A stretch of DNA of 64,000 nt, taken from NCBI GenBank assembly GCA_951406725.2, contig OX597819.1, positions 3,782,001 to 3,846,000 on the forward strand, given 5' to 3'. The DNA is from Octopus vulgaris (lineage: Eukaryota). The notes below the pieces were generated by a model. The model was not told the DNA's origin. It saw only the letters and a list, made by a program, of their open reading frames with translations, and searched no databases. The position numbers were made by a program, and so were the translations under genes. Below are positions 1 through 13,222 of the stretch, in pieces (within the stretch, counting starts at the first letter, position 1; each line of letters begins with the position of its first letter).

Positions 1-860
1 GTGTGTTCATGAATGGTGTGTTTAATAAGATGGTGTGTTTATGAATGTGTATGACAGCGTGCATGCGTGTGTGAGGTGTATGTATGCGAGCGAGCATGTT
101 GTACATATTGACAAATATATTTTCCTATTCTTGTTTCGCATCATAGCAAGTTGCTTTTCCAAAGATTCAAATAGCCGTAAAGATGAGTGCAGGAAAATAT
201 ATTTGCTCATTGAGAACGTGTAAACTTTAAACCTGATACTATAGCTACTTCACTGCATTAAATGATGTTTAACTGACAGAAAGGATAATGGTTAACAAAT
301 AAAATGACAAAATAAATCGACGCTTTTCACCAATTAACGACTCTGTTGACTTTGCTTTATTTAATCAACATAACACTACAACAATATTGTTGAAGAGATG
401 TGATGAAGAAAGGAAAGAATGAAATTCACTTTAGGGCTGCACCGAACTATAACGTGGTGGCATGCGGACAATGTATATGTATAATACAAATCAACTGTCA
501 GCTACATTAAAGGGAAGAAGCATAACGCATTGTTAATGAGCTGTACACAAAGCTAGAGTTGTACTGATACCACCCAATGCCCTCAGATCTTTGTGTCGGC
601 TTTCTTTAAGAAATTGATATGATCCAGTGATAATGCGTCTAGTCAGAAGCAATTTATTCCATTTCTTTTTGAATGGTAACTTAAAAAGCAAAGAACCTGA
701 GTGACTGGCGTGTTCTGTGTATACTCAGTAATTGAAGATCTAAAAGTACTTAAATCGCACAAAAACAGTGATTTAGGTACTTTAGCAGCAGTAGGAACTT
801 CTATTATACTTTTGTGTTTTGAAACAGATGACTTTTAAATATTTGCATATATGTATATTT

Positions 861-862
<2 letters not shown>

Positions 863-902
<40 letters not shown>

Positions 903-913
903 ACAGACACACA

Positions 914-977
<64 letters not shown>
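863..977. repeat. (CA)n/(TA)n microsatellite
   Basis: Seen directly. Confidence 0.97.
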
Positions 978-1629
978 CAAGAGGAAATAAAAGTTTAAAA
1001 GTTAAGACACAAGTACTTGTTATAGGAAATAGAATAATTTACAATTAAATGTAAATTTGAAAAATGTAACACTTTCTATTCCTTAAGATTTTCAGATTTT
1101 CTCAATATAGTCAACCATTTTCTTTATAAGTAATCAAAAGTGATTTCATAACATCCATGAATTGATAATGAAAATTTCATTGATGGAAATGTTTGTTAAG
1201 TCTATTACGTGATAAAAATGGGTACGCTACCAGACATCTGCATATATTTAGCATATTTCTCTCTCTTTTATGGAGTATCTATTCACTTAACTACGTACAT
1301 GCTGCGGTAATGGTAGGATGATATTTCAAAGCTGATTTTTGTTTTCATTATCTTATAAATTCCATTTTTACCATTCGTAAGTTTTGTGTAATTGCTCAGT
1401 TTGTATATTTGAAGTTTAAGTCCTACTGCAGCCTAAGGATAGATGTTATGCAATAGATTTACGGAGATGACATTATTTAGAGGGAAATCAGGTTAAATGT
1501 TTTATGACTTTAGGATAGTGGAATTTTGAAATCCGATCTTGTGAAGAAAAATCTGACAGATTTACTTGAAACAATATTAAACGAGTTATTTCAGTATCCT
1601 AATACATCACGAACACAGGAAACTGATTG

Positions 1630-1790
1630 AGACGTTAGCGAGACAAACATAATGCCTGTTGCTGGGTAGTATTCATTTCTTTATTCTGAGTTCCGTGTTC
1701 AAATCTCGTCGAGGTCAACTTCACCTTTCATTCTTTCGCGCTCGATAAATTAAATATCAGCCGATTACTAGGGTGGAACCCATTCCTATC
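1630..1790 (+). mobile_element. SINE family B, degraded
   Basis: gttcaaatctcgtcgaggtcaacttcacctttcattctttcgcgctcgataaatt core. Confidence 0.65.
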
Positions 1791-3119
1791 CCTATTTTTA
1801 TTTCTCACTCACTCACTCACTCACTAATTCTCTCTCTCTCTCTCTCACGCTCTCCCAGAACCATAAGTTAAATTTGCTATACTGAAACCGTGCAAAATGT
1901 GCGTCTACCATATTGCTTTTAGGGCAGGTCATGTCCCCAGCTAAAGGATAAGTTACTCTCATCCTCTAGAAAGGGCCATCAGCGTGGTCTTTCCTCCTCT
2001 GACTAAAAAATAAAAACTATGTACATCTGGACAAGGACTGATCTAAATGTATTTATAGAAAATGGCCGTATCCTCAATGCTGGCAATTACAAATTTTTAG
2101 TTCGAATACTCGCGAGTTATTATGTAGTATTCTTATCAAGACATCTAATGCAGCGCAATTCAGTTCATAAATAAGCTGATAAGAGCTGCGAAACGTTAGA
2201 CGCCTGATACTGGCGAAGGACTGATATCTATTTAGAAGTGTTATTAATCATTAGCGCCCTGACTCTGAAACCAAGCACCAACATTTAGGGCCTCCAACCT
2301 GATTCGCAAGCATTTTACAGTATTTCATGATACTTATTTTAAGGGATGATTCGATGAAAAGATACATTTTAAGCTTTGTATGTATTTTGGCGTTTTATCA
2401 AACATAGATTTCATAGTCAACAAGAAATTAATTTACAAGGTTGGTCGGCTCTGACCATGAAAACTTATAGCACAACCACGCATGATGCAGCAATTCAGAT
2501 AAACTATGCTCCCACATAGTTGAAAATGATACTACGTATTGCGAAGAGCAGTTGCTTATCACATGTGATGTAGTATGGGAGTATTGTTGCTTATCGAAAT
2601 GTGTGTGTGTGTGAGTACTCGCGCGCAATAGAAAAAAAGTATTATGCATACGTCGCACAGATACGTGTTCATGTTTTCCTTTATTTATTTATTTTTTAAA
2701 TGATTATCAGGGTATGGGAGGAATTTACAGCGAGAAAAAAAGGAATATTCTGGTCGATATTCTTCCGGCTATCTACAATCACGATTGGTGTGATTGATGC
2801 AACTTGAAAACAGAAATCAGGCTCAATCAGGCTCCAAGACAGCAAAGTTGACGTAGCATCTACTAAATCCTAAGTTACTTGCAATTACAGAGAATACCAG
2901 ATGCAAAAAAAGCTACGTACTCAACAACATAAACATACTATGCACACATTATATACGAAAATACAATAACTAACATACATCACATTCACAACATTTTTCT
3001 GCACCTGTAGAAGACAGTAAAAGGGAAGCAAAATGAAATACAAACATTCTTTAAGCAGTCACAGGTCACGTCTATAGCCAACAACAAGAAACAACATTGG
3101 TATATAAATACTGCTTTAT

Positions 3120-3500
3120 GGGAAGCACTCCGTCGGTTACAACGACGAGGGTTCCGGTTGATCCGAATCAACGGAACAGCCTGCTCGTGAAATTAACGTG
3201 TAAGTGGCTGAGCACTCCACAGACACGTGTACCCTTAACGTAGTTCTCGGGGATATTCAGCGTGACACAGAGAGTGACAAGGCTGGCCCTTTGAAATACA
3301 GGTACAACAGAAACAGGAAGTAAGAGTGAGAGAAAGTTGTGGTGAAAGAGTACAGCAGGGATCACCACCATCCCCTGCCGGAGCCTCGTGGGGCTTTTAG
3401 GTGTTTTCGCTCAATAAACACTCACAACGTCATAGGATCGAAACCGCGATCCTATGACCGCGAGACCGCTGCCCTAACCACTGGGCCATTGCACCTCCAC
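3120..3500 (-). mobile_element. tRNA-derived SINE, family C (octopus OR-like), full length
   Basis: Head GTGGAGGTGCAATGGCCCAGTGGTTAGGG with A box and B box (GTTTCGATCC); 10-bp TSD actgctttat at 3110-3119 and 3501-3510. Confidence 0.88.
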
Positions 3501-4239
3501 ACTGCTTTATATTCATCATGGAATATGCCTGACCCATATGGACTCACAGTCACTCCACAGCGCATTACATGAAGCCACAACTTATACGTAAAAATGCATT
3601 GCACATTATCAATAGGTTGTATGGAAGCCACACTCACACATAACACAGTCAAACAAAAGTCCACAAATGGCAAGTCATGTCTTTGCAAGGAGCTCTGTTA
3701 TCCCTTTTTTTTTTCATACTGCAGCAATCTTCTAACTTCCTAGTTCCTGCCACTACATACGAGACAAAATGTGAGAGCGTACCGACAGGAGCGGCAGTAG
3801 CAGCAACAACAACAAAAATAACGACAACAACAAAACAGCATCCTAAAATAATTTTTATTCACTCGGCTCATACAAAAATAAAAGACAGACAAAATAATTG
3901 AAACATTAATAGCTTCACTCCGCAAAACTCTCTGCTGGGATACTCATCACCGACAATAAGGTTAAAGGAATATTAACTTTGGCGCTTTGCCCACCTCCGC
4001 TGTGGCTAAAATCAGAAAATTGAAGGCAAACAAAAATAGATTCGAAGGTGTAAAGAGTGCAACATGTTCAGACTGATACATTATATCCCGTGACGTTCAT
4101 CACTGCATGAACAAATTAGCAGCAAGGTCAATGGACAATGCAGGCACAAATGCAGAAACATTACATCTTGCATATAAACTTGTGAAATTTATGCTGCATT
4201 AAAAACGGTATAAATATGGCATTTGCTTTTGCTTTTGTT

Positions 4240-4838
4240 GTTAGAAACTTGCTTCGCAGCCCAGGTTCTGTTTCTTTACTACCCACAAGGGGCTAAACAT
4301 AGAGAAGACAAACAAGGACAGACAAACGGATTAAGTCGATTACATCGACCCCAGTGCGTAGCTGGTACTTATTTAATCGACTCCGAAAGGATGAAAGGCA
4401 AAGTCGACGTCGGCGGAATTTGAACTCAGAACGTAACGGCAGACAAAATACCGCTGAGCATTTCGCCCGGCGTGCTAACGTTTCTGCCAACCCAGGTTCA
4501 GTCCCACTGCATGGCACCTTGAGCAGGTTCTTCTATGGCCTCGGGCCAACCAAAGTCTTGCGCGTGGATTTAGGAGACAAACAACTGAAAGAAGCCTGTC
4601 GTTTATATGTATATAACTATGTGTGGGTGTGTGTTTTTGTGTTTGTGCTTTCCCCGCCTACCGTTTGACAGTCGGCGTTGCTGTTTTTACGTTCCCGTAA
4701 CTTAGCGGTTCGACTAAAGGACCGATAGAATAAGTACAAGTACTTAAAAATAAATCGATACATTCGATAGAAAATTCTTCAAGGCAGTGCCCCAGCATGG
4801 CCCCAGTTTAATGACTGAAACAAGTAAAAGATATAAGA
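4240..4838 (+). mobile_element. tRNA-derived SINE family A, interrupted by a family B copy
   Basis: Body ggttcagtcccactgcatggcacc...ccagcatggcc...gactgaaacaagtaaaag, split at the duplicated cccaggttc. Confidence 0.8.
4269..4490 (-). mobile_element. SINE family B (core GCCTTTCATCCTTTCGGGGTCGATAAA, resembling the MetaSINE central domain)
   Basis: Reverse complement of 52962-53190; 9-bp TSD cccaggttc at 4260-4268 and 4491-4499. Confidence 0.9.
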
Positions 4839-4874
4839 CAAAGTAATTTGTGACAATCATCACAGCACTTCCCT

Positions 4875-5285
4875 TTAATTACCTCCGCCTTAGCGAAGGC
4901 GGAGGTGCTGTTTCAGTCGCCTTTGTTGCTTTGTGCGTGGGCAAGATATCTCAAGAACCGCCGAATGGATTCGGATGAAACTTTCAGAAATGTTTGGCCT
5001 TGTGACTAGCACGCACTGATTAGATTTTGGAATCGATCCGGTATCAGACAAGGATTCTGGATTATTTTCCCTTTATTTATTTATTTATTTATTTATTTAT
5101 ATATTTATTTATTTATTTATATTTTGCTTAATTTTTGAGAGCGGTCGGGTTCTATTTTAGTATTTTCGTTTGTGAGAGCAGTCGAGTTTATTTAAGATAT
5201 TCTCATTTTAAAAATCATCTCTGGCTAATCGTTTAGAGGACATTGGTGTTGCCTTGGCGGACGTTTGCGCTCATTGAGTGCTTTT
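4875..5285 (+). mobile_element. Helentron-associated (DINE-1/HINE-like) non-autonomous element
   Basis: 5' hairpin ACCTCCGCCTT-AGCG-AAGGCGGAGGT (4881-4906), 3' subterminal inverted repeat GGCGGACGT (5256-5264), terminal stem-loop GCGCTC-ATT-GAGTGC then TTTT, internal (TTTA)n. Confidence 0.8.
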
Positions 5286-5837
5286 GTTATTGCTTTATAT
5301 AACAAGTAACATTTTAAGTAAGGTGATTACTTATCATGTGGGAAAAATTACTTTGAATACAATCGTAATTTTAGATCGGCAGAGGGGTGACCGATATAAT
5401 ATAATCTTTGAAATTAGCTGTAAGAAAATCAGGAACGAGAAATCAAAGATTGTATCTTGTTTTGATAGATTTTACTGGATCTTTCAACGAGATTGAACAG
5501 AATTGTTAATAATCCAAACGTCATTATTTCTTTTCACGACTAATAATCTCATGCGAAGAATCATCCAAATGTTTCGGAGTCAGTAATAGCTTTATGTAAG
5601 GTTGTGTCTTGGCGCCAGTATTGTTTGCATTTGATTTCTTAATAACTTTGATAAGCGAATCTGTATCTTTTCTGTAACTTTTCTCGAAGCTCAAAAATTT
5701 TGGATGCTTATTTCGTGCTGCTAACACCTTTGGTCTCAACATTACATTAAAGAAAATATATTTCACTTACCTAAACCAACCACTAGATAAAGAAAAGGAA
5801 TATGCATATAACTATATACATACATACGAACATACAC

Positions 5838-6045
5838 TGCCATGTTGAATCGCTAGCTTCTGCACGCATTTTTTCCTCTCCTTGTTTCTCTCCGTGTTTC
5901 TTTTCTGTGTATCTTTCTGTTGAAGAGCGTAGGCTCGAAACGTAAAAGACTTGTTTTATTTCTATTCCTGAACGCCATACTAATACAATTGTTTGTTTGT
6001 ACTCCACCTGCCTTCGTCTTTTGTTTATTTTCATAAAGCTTCCCG

Positions 6046-6046
<1 letters not shown>
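5838..6046 (+). repeat. Penelope-like terminal repeat carrying a hammerhead-like motif, ending in (TA)n
   Basis: Pyrimidine tract, then hammerhead fold, then tail. Homologous to the reverse complement of 48911-49120. Confidence 0.7.
5912..5949 (+). ncRNA. Minimal type I hammerhead ribozyme-like fold (U6 core variant)
   Basis: TCTTT-CTGTTGA-A-GAGC(GTAG)GCTC-GAAA-CGTA-AAAGA: perfect 5-bp stem I, 4-bp stem II, palindromic ACGT stem III, predicted GUA cleavage site at 5944. Confidence 0.65.
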
Positions 6047-6082
<36 letters not shown>

Positions 6083-6260
6083 TAGGTGCATGTGGAGTAT
6101 GTGTTGCGTGTTGTGTGTGTGTGTGTGTGTGCACGCGTCCGTGAGTGTGTGTAATAAAATTTCTTATGTATGTTAAAAGCTTCTACTTGTAAGTATATTT
6201 AGAAGTCGGAAACATAATTGTAATGACTAATCGTAGAGTGAGTCTATGTCTAGGTGGGTG

Positions 6261-6297
<37 letters not shown>

Positions 6298-8124
6298 ATG
6301 AATTCATATATATTTACATAAATGTATGTATTTATATTTATTTATATATATTTACATATGCATGTAATCATGTATGTATATATGTATACATATGTACAGG
6401 CCGATGGCTGTCGAGTTGTTCACAAAGTAAAGGGTTGGGCTTCATTGCATTCAAAACCCCCCGGAATCGACTTCGCCTGTCTTCTGTCAGGAATCGATAA
6501 AGTAACTTCGAACTATATAGTGTAGTCTGTTAAATCGATAATACTCCAACCTTTTCAAAAAGAAACCAGTCAATAGAAATCATTTCTAGTTTTAGTTTTA
6601 ATGGAATTATGTAGTTTTGTCCAATATCAATCCAATACACTTCTGCAATCATGAAACGGTTATTAATAAGTGAAAAGTATGCGTAAATTTTGATGCTGCT
6701 TCGAAATTATTGTTTGCAGTTGCGTCTATAATGTATTTAGCAGAAAAGCGATATTTTGGAATTTTATTCTAACATAATTTTGACGGCTCTTATTAAATAA
6801 ATACCATTGGCAAAAAAACGTTATCTGAGATACTAGAATGTCCTGAATGCTCTGCCCACTTCGTCACGATACTCGTCTGGCTATTGAAACTCAAGATCAG
6901 ACGAAAGCTGTAACATTAATGTACATGTAACCAGTTTGGCTGCAGTATAATCATAATATTCCTTTTTGTAATATGATATGAACAATAATCTAGCCGAGAG
7001 TCGATCATTTAATTTTTAAATATATTTGTATATTAACATCGTGTATTTTTATCGTTTCATATATGATTTACAACACATTTCTTCCTATTTTTATATAGCA
7101 TATAAGGTTATTCAGTGTAATAGTAGAAATGAAAATGTTCGTTTAGAACGATATTTCAGTCACATGTCTTTCTACACACCGAAATATATCAGTGTACAGC
7201 AGAATTTCTGTGTACGTTTGAATAAAAGGATGGGTTAAGTCATTGCGTGAAATATAATACTGGAATGGGTATAGAAACACAATCGACAAATGCTTGGTTT
7301 CTGAACATCAAAGTCCTTCCCCTAGATAGTATAAATTATTTTCAACTCATGCATTTATAATATCCGGTTAAATTTACTCGTCATATAATTCAAGTTGTGG
7401 GTTTTGTTGCATGGTAAACCAATTACAAACGTAGATGTTCACTAGCGCAGTCACTGGGGAATAATATGGAGCTTTATCACCCAATAATAATGCCAAGGGT
7501 ATAAAACTATTAGTTGCTACCCTAGGGGTACTAAACAAGGTTATGCTATTCTATTTGATCAGAAGCAGCAACTAAGTATATCATCGCCTGTTTTCGTTTT
7601 TGTTATATTGTTTATTTTATTGTCTGTGGAAAAGAAGATATAAAACTACAGACACACTGTTTAAGTTTCATATATTTACTTTTGCTCAGTATAATATAAA
7701 TAGAAACTTAGAAAATTTATCAACTGCATATAATATACTTCTAGGAGTTGATTTGGAGATATACACAAACACTTTAATGAAAACATCTATACATTCCCAT
7801 TTACATACCTTCATATTCAAACGCACTCAGACACAAACATATGTATGTGTGTATATAAGCATATACGTACATATATAATCTCTATTTGTTTTCAAAGGAA
7901 GCACTGGATAATTGAGTTATAAATATAGGATGTCTGAAAATTTATAGGAAAATCATTGTTAGTTCACATTTCATCATAAGTTTGTTGGTTCACATTTCAC
8001 CATGAGCCATGTGGGGAAATTACTGAAGCATACATCTTTCATAAGCTGTAGATCATTGCCATATTTTGGACGATAAAAAATGCAAGGCCAAACTCAAGTC
8101 AAAAAAGTTTTATACATTAAGCAT

Positions 8125-8450
8125 ATCCATCCATCCATCCATCCATCCATCCATCCATCCATCCAGATAGACAGACAGACAGACAGGCAGACAGACAGTC
8201 AACCGGCCAGCAGTCTACCCATTCAACCATCCAGACAGCCATCCATCCATCCATCCATCCATCCATCCATCCATCCATCCATCCAGACACACAGACAGAC
8301 AGCAGTCTACCCATTCATCCATCCAGTCAGCCATCCATCCATCCATCCATCCAGACATACAGACACACAGACAGACAGTAGTCTACCAATTCATCCATCC
8401 AGTCAGCTAGCCATCCATCCATCCATCCATCCATCCATCCATCCATCCAT
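8125..8450. repeat. Compound (CCAT)n/(CAGA)n array with a higher-order unit
   Basis: The spacer (c/t)agtctacc(c/a)attca recurs three times between CCAT and CAGA blocks. Confidence 0.9.
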
Positions 8451-8759
8451 GCAAGAATAAATAAATCCTCCGTCGGTTACGACAGCGATCATTTTAGTTG
8501 TTCGCTCAACCGAATTACCTTCAGGCCATTTGGTGTAAATAAACGAGTCTTTCATCAGAGTCCCCCAAGGAGATAATTATGAAAAACGAAAACGATCCTT
8601 TGAGCAAAATACTCTGCTCAACCAGAATCCAGAGTGATTTAGTCAAGAACTTCTTAAAAGAAAGGACGCTAAGCACTTCACCCGGCAAGCTACCGATTCT
8701 GCCAGCTCACCACCTTAATAATAACAATAATGTTTTGGAAACATTAACCGTAAGGTGGT

Positions 8760-10440
8760 AATAATAGTAAATAGATACATGAAGGAGGCCATGAGTAAAC
8801 TACAAACAGTTTTACTGGTACAGAGAAAAGAGAACATATAAAAACTAACCCATTTCCATGAGAAAGGCAATGTTTCAAGTGATCCTTTAGCTGACGTATT
8901 AGACAGGGTAAGAACTTGCATACAGATATTATGATAGGACAATCAAGTGGGTTGTTTTTGCATATGGACGATCGAACTTGTATACTGAATGTCATAAACA
9001 ACTTGAAAACACCACTGAAGAGAGTGCATTGATATATCAAACAAATCAATAAGTAATTTGGGTTTTAAAAATGTGTTATGGCAACTGTCAAGAGAAAAAA
9101 AGGAGTATACTAATAATATGCCAAATAAAGAAAATGAGAAAACTATACGAATTAAATATAAGAATCAATGAACTGGACAGCATACAATTTAAAGTTTAGT
9201 AAGTAATATTATAAGTACATTAGATTAAAAGGATAAAACTCATTCCCGAGTCATGTAGGCCGGTTCCCTGGTTTCTGTAGCTTATATATTCGCCCTGTAC
9301 GGGGAATAGAACCGTAGCAGGATTATTAGTTTTTGCCAACTGAGTGGATTGGAACGACGATCAAGAGTACAACCCCCTAACCAGTAAACCGTGCACCTCC
9401 ACTACTACATTAGATTAATACAGCGGTAATAAAATAATAATCATTAGGAATTTTGTTGACCCAAAACAAATTACCTATAATATTTTTAACTGGACTCTGA
9501 ATGAATTACCAAGACTAGACAGACAAGAAAAAGAATGACTGTATTTTGAATAAATCAATCAAAATCTGTCGTAGAAAGAGTATATTTATCAGAAATTCGT
9601 GAAGGAACCTTTACAAGAAGAAAGCTTTTATATTTTTATAAAATATACGCTTGTAGATGTAGAAAAATACATAGTATTATAGCAAGTAGCTATAAAATCT
9701 GAACAAAACAGAATACCTTCTATCCTCTAAAGTAAACAAATACAAAACGTACTAAAAGAAAGATACTTATGAAGAAAGAGAAAGAACAAATAGTGCTATG
9801 GAATGCCATGATAAAACAGTTGCAAGTAAAGCTCTTCGTGGTTAACAGCAGGAGAAAGAAACAGTGTGGTAATAGAGAGAAGCGCAGTATTGGATGAGAA
9901 GCGTAGGTTTTAAAGCTGAAGCGGAAGGCACTTCGACGTGAGACAGGATCAAAACCTTCTTACTAGAAACAAATCAAAGTATCATAAAGCAGAATATATT
10001 AACTGCAAACTTGTCAATTTTTTGGTGTAGTTTCAGCTCATAGCTGCGGCCATGCTGATGCACCACCATTTGGTCTCGCGAATCCATAAAAGTTTCAAGG
10101 AAATAATCAACGGCATTGTCTCTGGTTGCCCAGCGTTTCCCAACATATCGACAAGACATAATTGCAGCTAATAAACACTGTAAGTTATGACAACATTTTG
10201 AAATGCAACCACAAAAAAGTAAATAAAGAAATAAAGAAAAAAAAAACAAACAAAAAATAAAGAAAAAATACACTAGAAAAGAGTTCAGAAAATTATAACG
10301 AAGATATGCTGTGATATATATCAAGGAACCCATGCAGAGATCGATGAAGCTCATGGACCAGCTATTATCGAGAACAAGAAAACCTAAGAGGAAAATGGTA
10401 TCACTACTTAAACCAATAAACAAAATGCTTTCAACCTTTT
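8760..10440 (+). mobile_element. Degraded R4/Dong-like (restriction-like endonuclease) non-LTR retrotransposon 3' half, copy 1
   Basis: Remnant motifs in order: RT HMDD (8961-8972), FKAEAEG...QDQNLLTRN (about 9910-9972), zinc-knuckle region IVSGCP...RHN (10115-10162), RPAII (about 10357). Interrupted by a SINE at 9229-9405. Confidence 0.75.
9229..9405 (-). mobile_element. SINE family C variant inserted in LINE copy 1
   Basis: Head GTGGAGGTGCACGG; 13-bp TSD tacattagattaa at 9216-9228 and 9406-9418. Confidence 0.75.
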
Positions 10441-10464
10441 CGGTTTTCCTCATCATACAATATT

Positions 10465-10661
10465 TTAGCACAAGGTCAGCAGCTTTGGGGCAGGGGTTAA
10501 GTCTATTACATCGACCCCAGTGTTGAACTGGTACTTATTTTATCGACCCCGAAAGGATGAAATGCATCCTCGGCGGAATTTGAACTCGGAACATGAAAAC
10601 TGACAAAATATCGTTAAGCATTTTATTCAGTATGTTAACAACTCGGCCAACTCACCGCCTT
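10465..10661 (-). mobile_element. SINE family B
   Basis: tggtacttattttatcgaccccgaaaggatgaa...gccaactcaccgcctt. Confidence 0.85.
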
Positions 10662-10689
10662 CATAATGATAATAATAATAATAATGGTT

Positions 10690-12040
10690 GAAATTTCTAT
10701 TTAGTTATCGTGTTAAATAAATGCTATGGAAAAACGGTCAGCCGTTTATTGTACATGGATGACCTCAAAGTTATATACTTCAGAAAGGAAGCAACTAGAA
10801 ACATTGCTACATATAGTATAGAGATTTACATGAAGATTAGCAATATACTTCCAGGCAATCTTGAAGAGAGGAGAATTCACTGAAACACTAATACTGTGTT
10901 AATTAAAAAAACAGACACATGAATTAGGTATAGGCCTTAAGATAATGAGAAAACCATGAACTAGACAAAGCACAACATATATAAATGAACAGAAATATCA
11001 TGAAGGTATGCTATAGACTCATTAAATTGATGTTTAAAACAGGACCCAAAAATGCGAGCTCCGCTCCTGGTATTATACATCAATGCGAAGCTGTTCCACT
11101 ATTATGTTACAGTTATAACATTCTTAAAGAGGCGCAAAGTGAATTAGCAAAATTATTGAGATTAACAAGAAAAATAATGACAACATTTAAAAAAAACACA
11201 ATGTAAAATATAACAGAAAAATTATATTTACAATGGAAAAGTTTTTTCCTGTAAGTAGAAAAATATTATAAGATGTTTTTACTGCACACAGATAAAAATA
11301 TAATATAACAGTAGTACAATTACTTACAAAACATGTTCAAAACGAAACAAAAAAACCTGATTTTATCTTCAACAAATTCAACTAATTTTAAACATTGTCT
11401 GGAGTAGGAGAAAATTGTGAAGGAAGCGAGAAACAACAAGAAAAATAGTAAAAACATTAAAACCTAAGCTGAAAATTGGGTTGTATGTCATGTTAAATTG
11501 GTGTCATGAAAAGCATTTGCTTGGCCAACAAGGAGATGGGAATAATGTAACATCTTTGTACATGAGAAGTGCTGGAATCAAACCAAGAACAGGAGTTTTG
11601 ACTGCGACACAGTTAACGCATTCTTCTTAGAAACTACTACAGGCGTGAATACAGTAAGTATAGAGTAAGTAGAGATCGGAAAGAAGCAATTAATTTTCAG
11701 TGGTTGCTAGTGTTAAGAAAAAGCACGTGTATACGTATAAGAATATAGGAGCTTTCTTGCGATGGAATTTATGCCGCTATTATGATATATAGTCAGAAAA
11801 GATTATATAAACATATGCAAGAAAATGTCTCAAAGAATGACGAAGTAGCGACATTCTTGGAAAATGATAAAAGAAAAATAGGACGAATATTGTTATCGAG
11901 GATGATCCGGAGAGGAAATACCTCATGATCGAAATATCAGTTGTAACAAACGGGTCTATATCTCTGAGTGAAGGAAAAAGTTATTTCTTTATAAAATCTC
12001 GAAAAGGAGCAAATAAAAAGCGAAGATTGAAAACAAAAAC
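10690..12040 (+). mobile_element. Degraded R4/Dong-like non-LTR retrotransposon 3' half, copy 2
   Basis: SRLLYMDDLK (YMDD at 10752-10763), LLRNYY (about 11625), SGC...WNLC (11700-11775), PD-(D/E)xK-type NRTNIVIEDDPERKYLMIEISV (11878-11943). Follows an (AAT)n run. Confidence 0.8.
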
Positions 12041-12647
12041 ATTCATTATATTAGATGAATACATTATTTTGTTGACCCCGAAAGAACGAAAGAAAAATGT
12101 TGACCTGAACGGAATCTGAACTTACAATGTTAAGAGCCTGAACAAATGTTTCTAGGCATTTTGTCCCACATGTTGACAATTATCCCCACTCGTCGCGTTG
12201 TATATTGACATAATAATATTAATTTAGAAGTATATTTTAAAGTTTTTTTATGGATAGTGCTATGAATGGAGTCTCTGCTTGTGATCTCGTTAAGTAATTT
12301 TGCCCAGAAAGTCTCTTTGTTTTGCTAAAAGTTTGACAAGAACATCGATAACAGAATGTTTATAGCGCGCTATAAGGAGGTTTCAATTTCCTGAATCGTA
12401 GAACAAAGTATAATGAGTTTCCTTCAGCAGGAAGTAGTTTTGTAACAATAACCAAAAATAGAGAGAAGCTTCTATCATTGTTCATGGTGACTAATTAATG
12501 TTGGAAAGAGCAGTTTATAGAAATAATTTTTAAACCTTACGACTATCGTGATTATAGGTAATGTAGACCTTTCAACCACCTTCTACAACTGACCCCAAAC
12601 TAAATCAAGGTCAAGAAAGAAAATTTAACAGGTTACTATTATCATTA

Positions 12648-12673
12648 TAATAATAATAATAATAATAATAATA

Positions 12674-12706
<33 letters not shown>

Positions 12707-12748
12707 TAATATTATTATTATTATTATCATTATTATTATTATTATTAA

Positions 12749-12806
<58 letters not shown>
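12648..12806. repeat. (AAT)n to (ATT)n inverted microsatellite junction
   Basis: Seen directly. Further (AAT)n runs at 13436-13527 and 13789-13890. Confidence 0.95.
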
Positions 12807-12807
<1 letters not shown>

Positions 12808-12808
<1 letters not shown>

Positions 12809-13204
12809 GGTGGCGAACTGGCAGAATCGTTAGCACGCCGGGCGAAATGTGTAGCCGTATTTCGTCTGCCGTTAGGTTCTGAGATCAAATTCCGCCGATG
12901 TCGACTTTGCCTTTCATCCTTTCGGGGTCGATTAAATAAGTACCAGTTACGCAGTCGAATCGATATAATCGACTTAATCCGTATGTCTGTCCTTGTTTGT
13001 CCCTTCTGTGTTTAGCCCCTTGTGGGTAGTAAAGAAATAGGTATTTCGTCTGTCGCTACGTTCTGAGTTCAAATTCCGCCGAAGTTAGCTTTGCCTTTCA
13101 TCCTTTCAGGGTTGATTGAATAATTACCAGCTACGCACTGGGGTCGATGAAATCAACTTAATCCCTTCCCCAAAATTTGAGTCCCTCTGCTGTCAGTTGA
13201 AAGG
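12808..13204 (+). mobile_element. SINE family B, dimeric form
   Basis: Full monomer followed by a head-less second unit joined at AAATAG|GTATTTCGTCTG. Confidence 0.88.
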
Positions 13205-13222
13205 ATTATTATTATTTTTATT

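Noticed and set aside
3430-3500. tRNA-like sequence (also the heads at about 32003 and 52962)
   Set aside because: These are A/B-box heads of SINEs followed by SINE bodies, with TSDs at the 3.1 and 53 kb copies. No complete cloverleaf.
8545-8570. CTGATGA on the minus strand (also about 40790 minus and 41837 plus)
   Set aside because: No properly spaced stem II, GAAA and stem I, so not called hammerheads.
9974-10471. 165-aa hydrophobic minus-strand ORF
   Set aside because: It is the antisense reading of an A-rich LINE remnant and SINE fragments.
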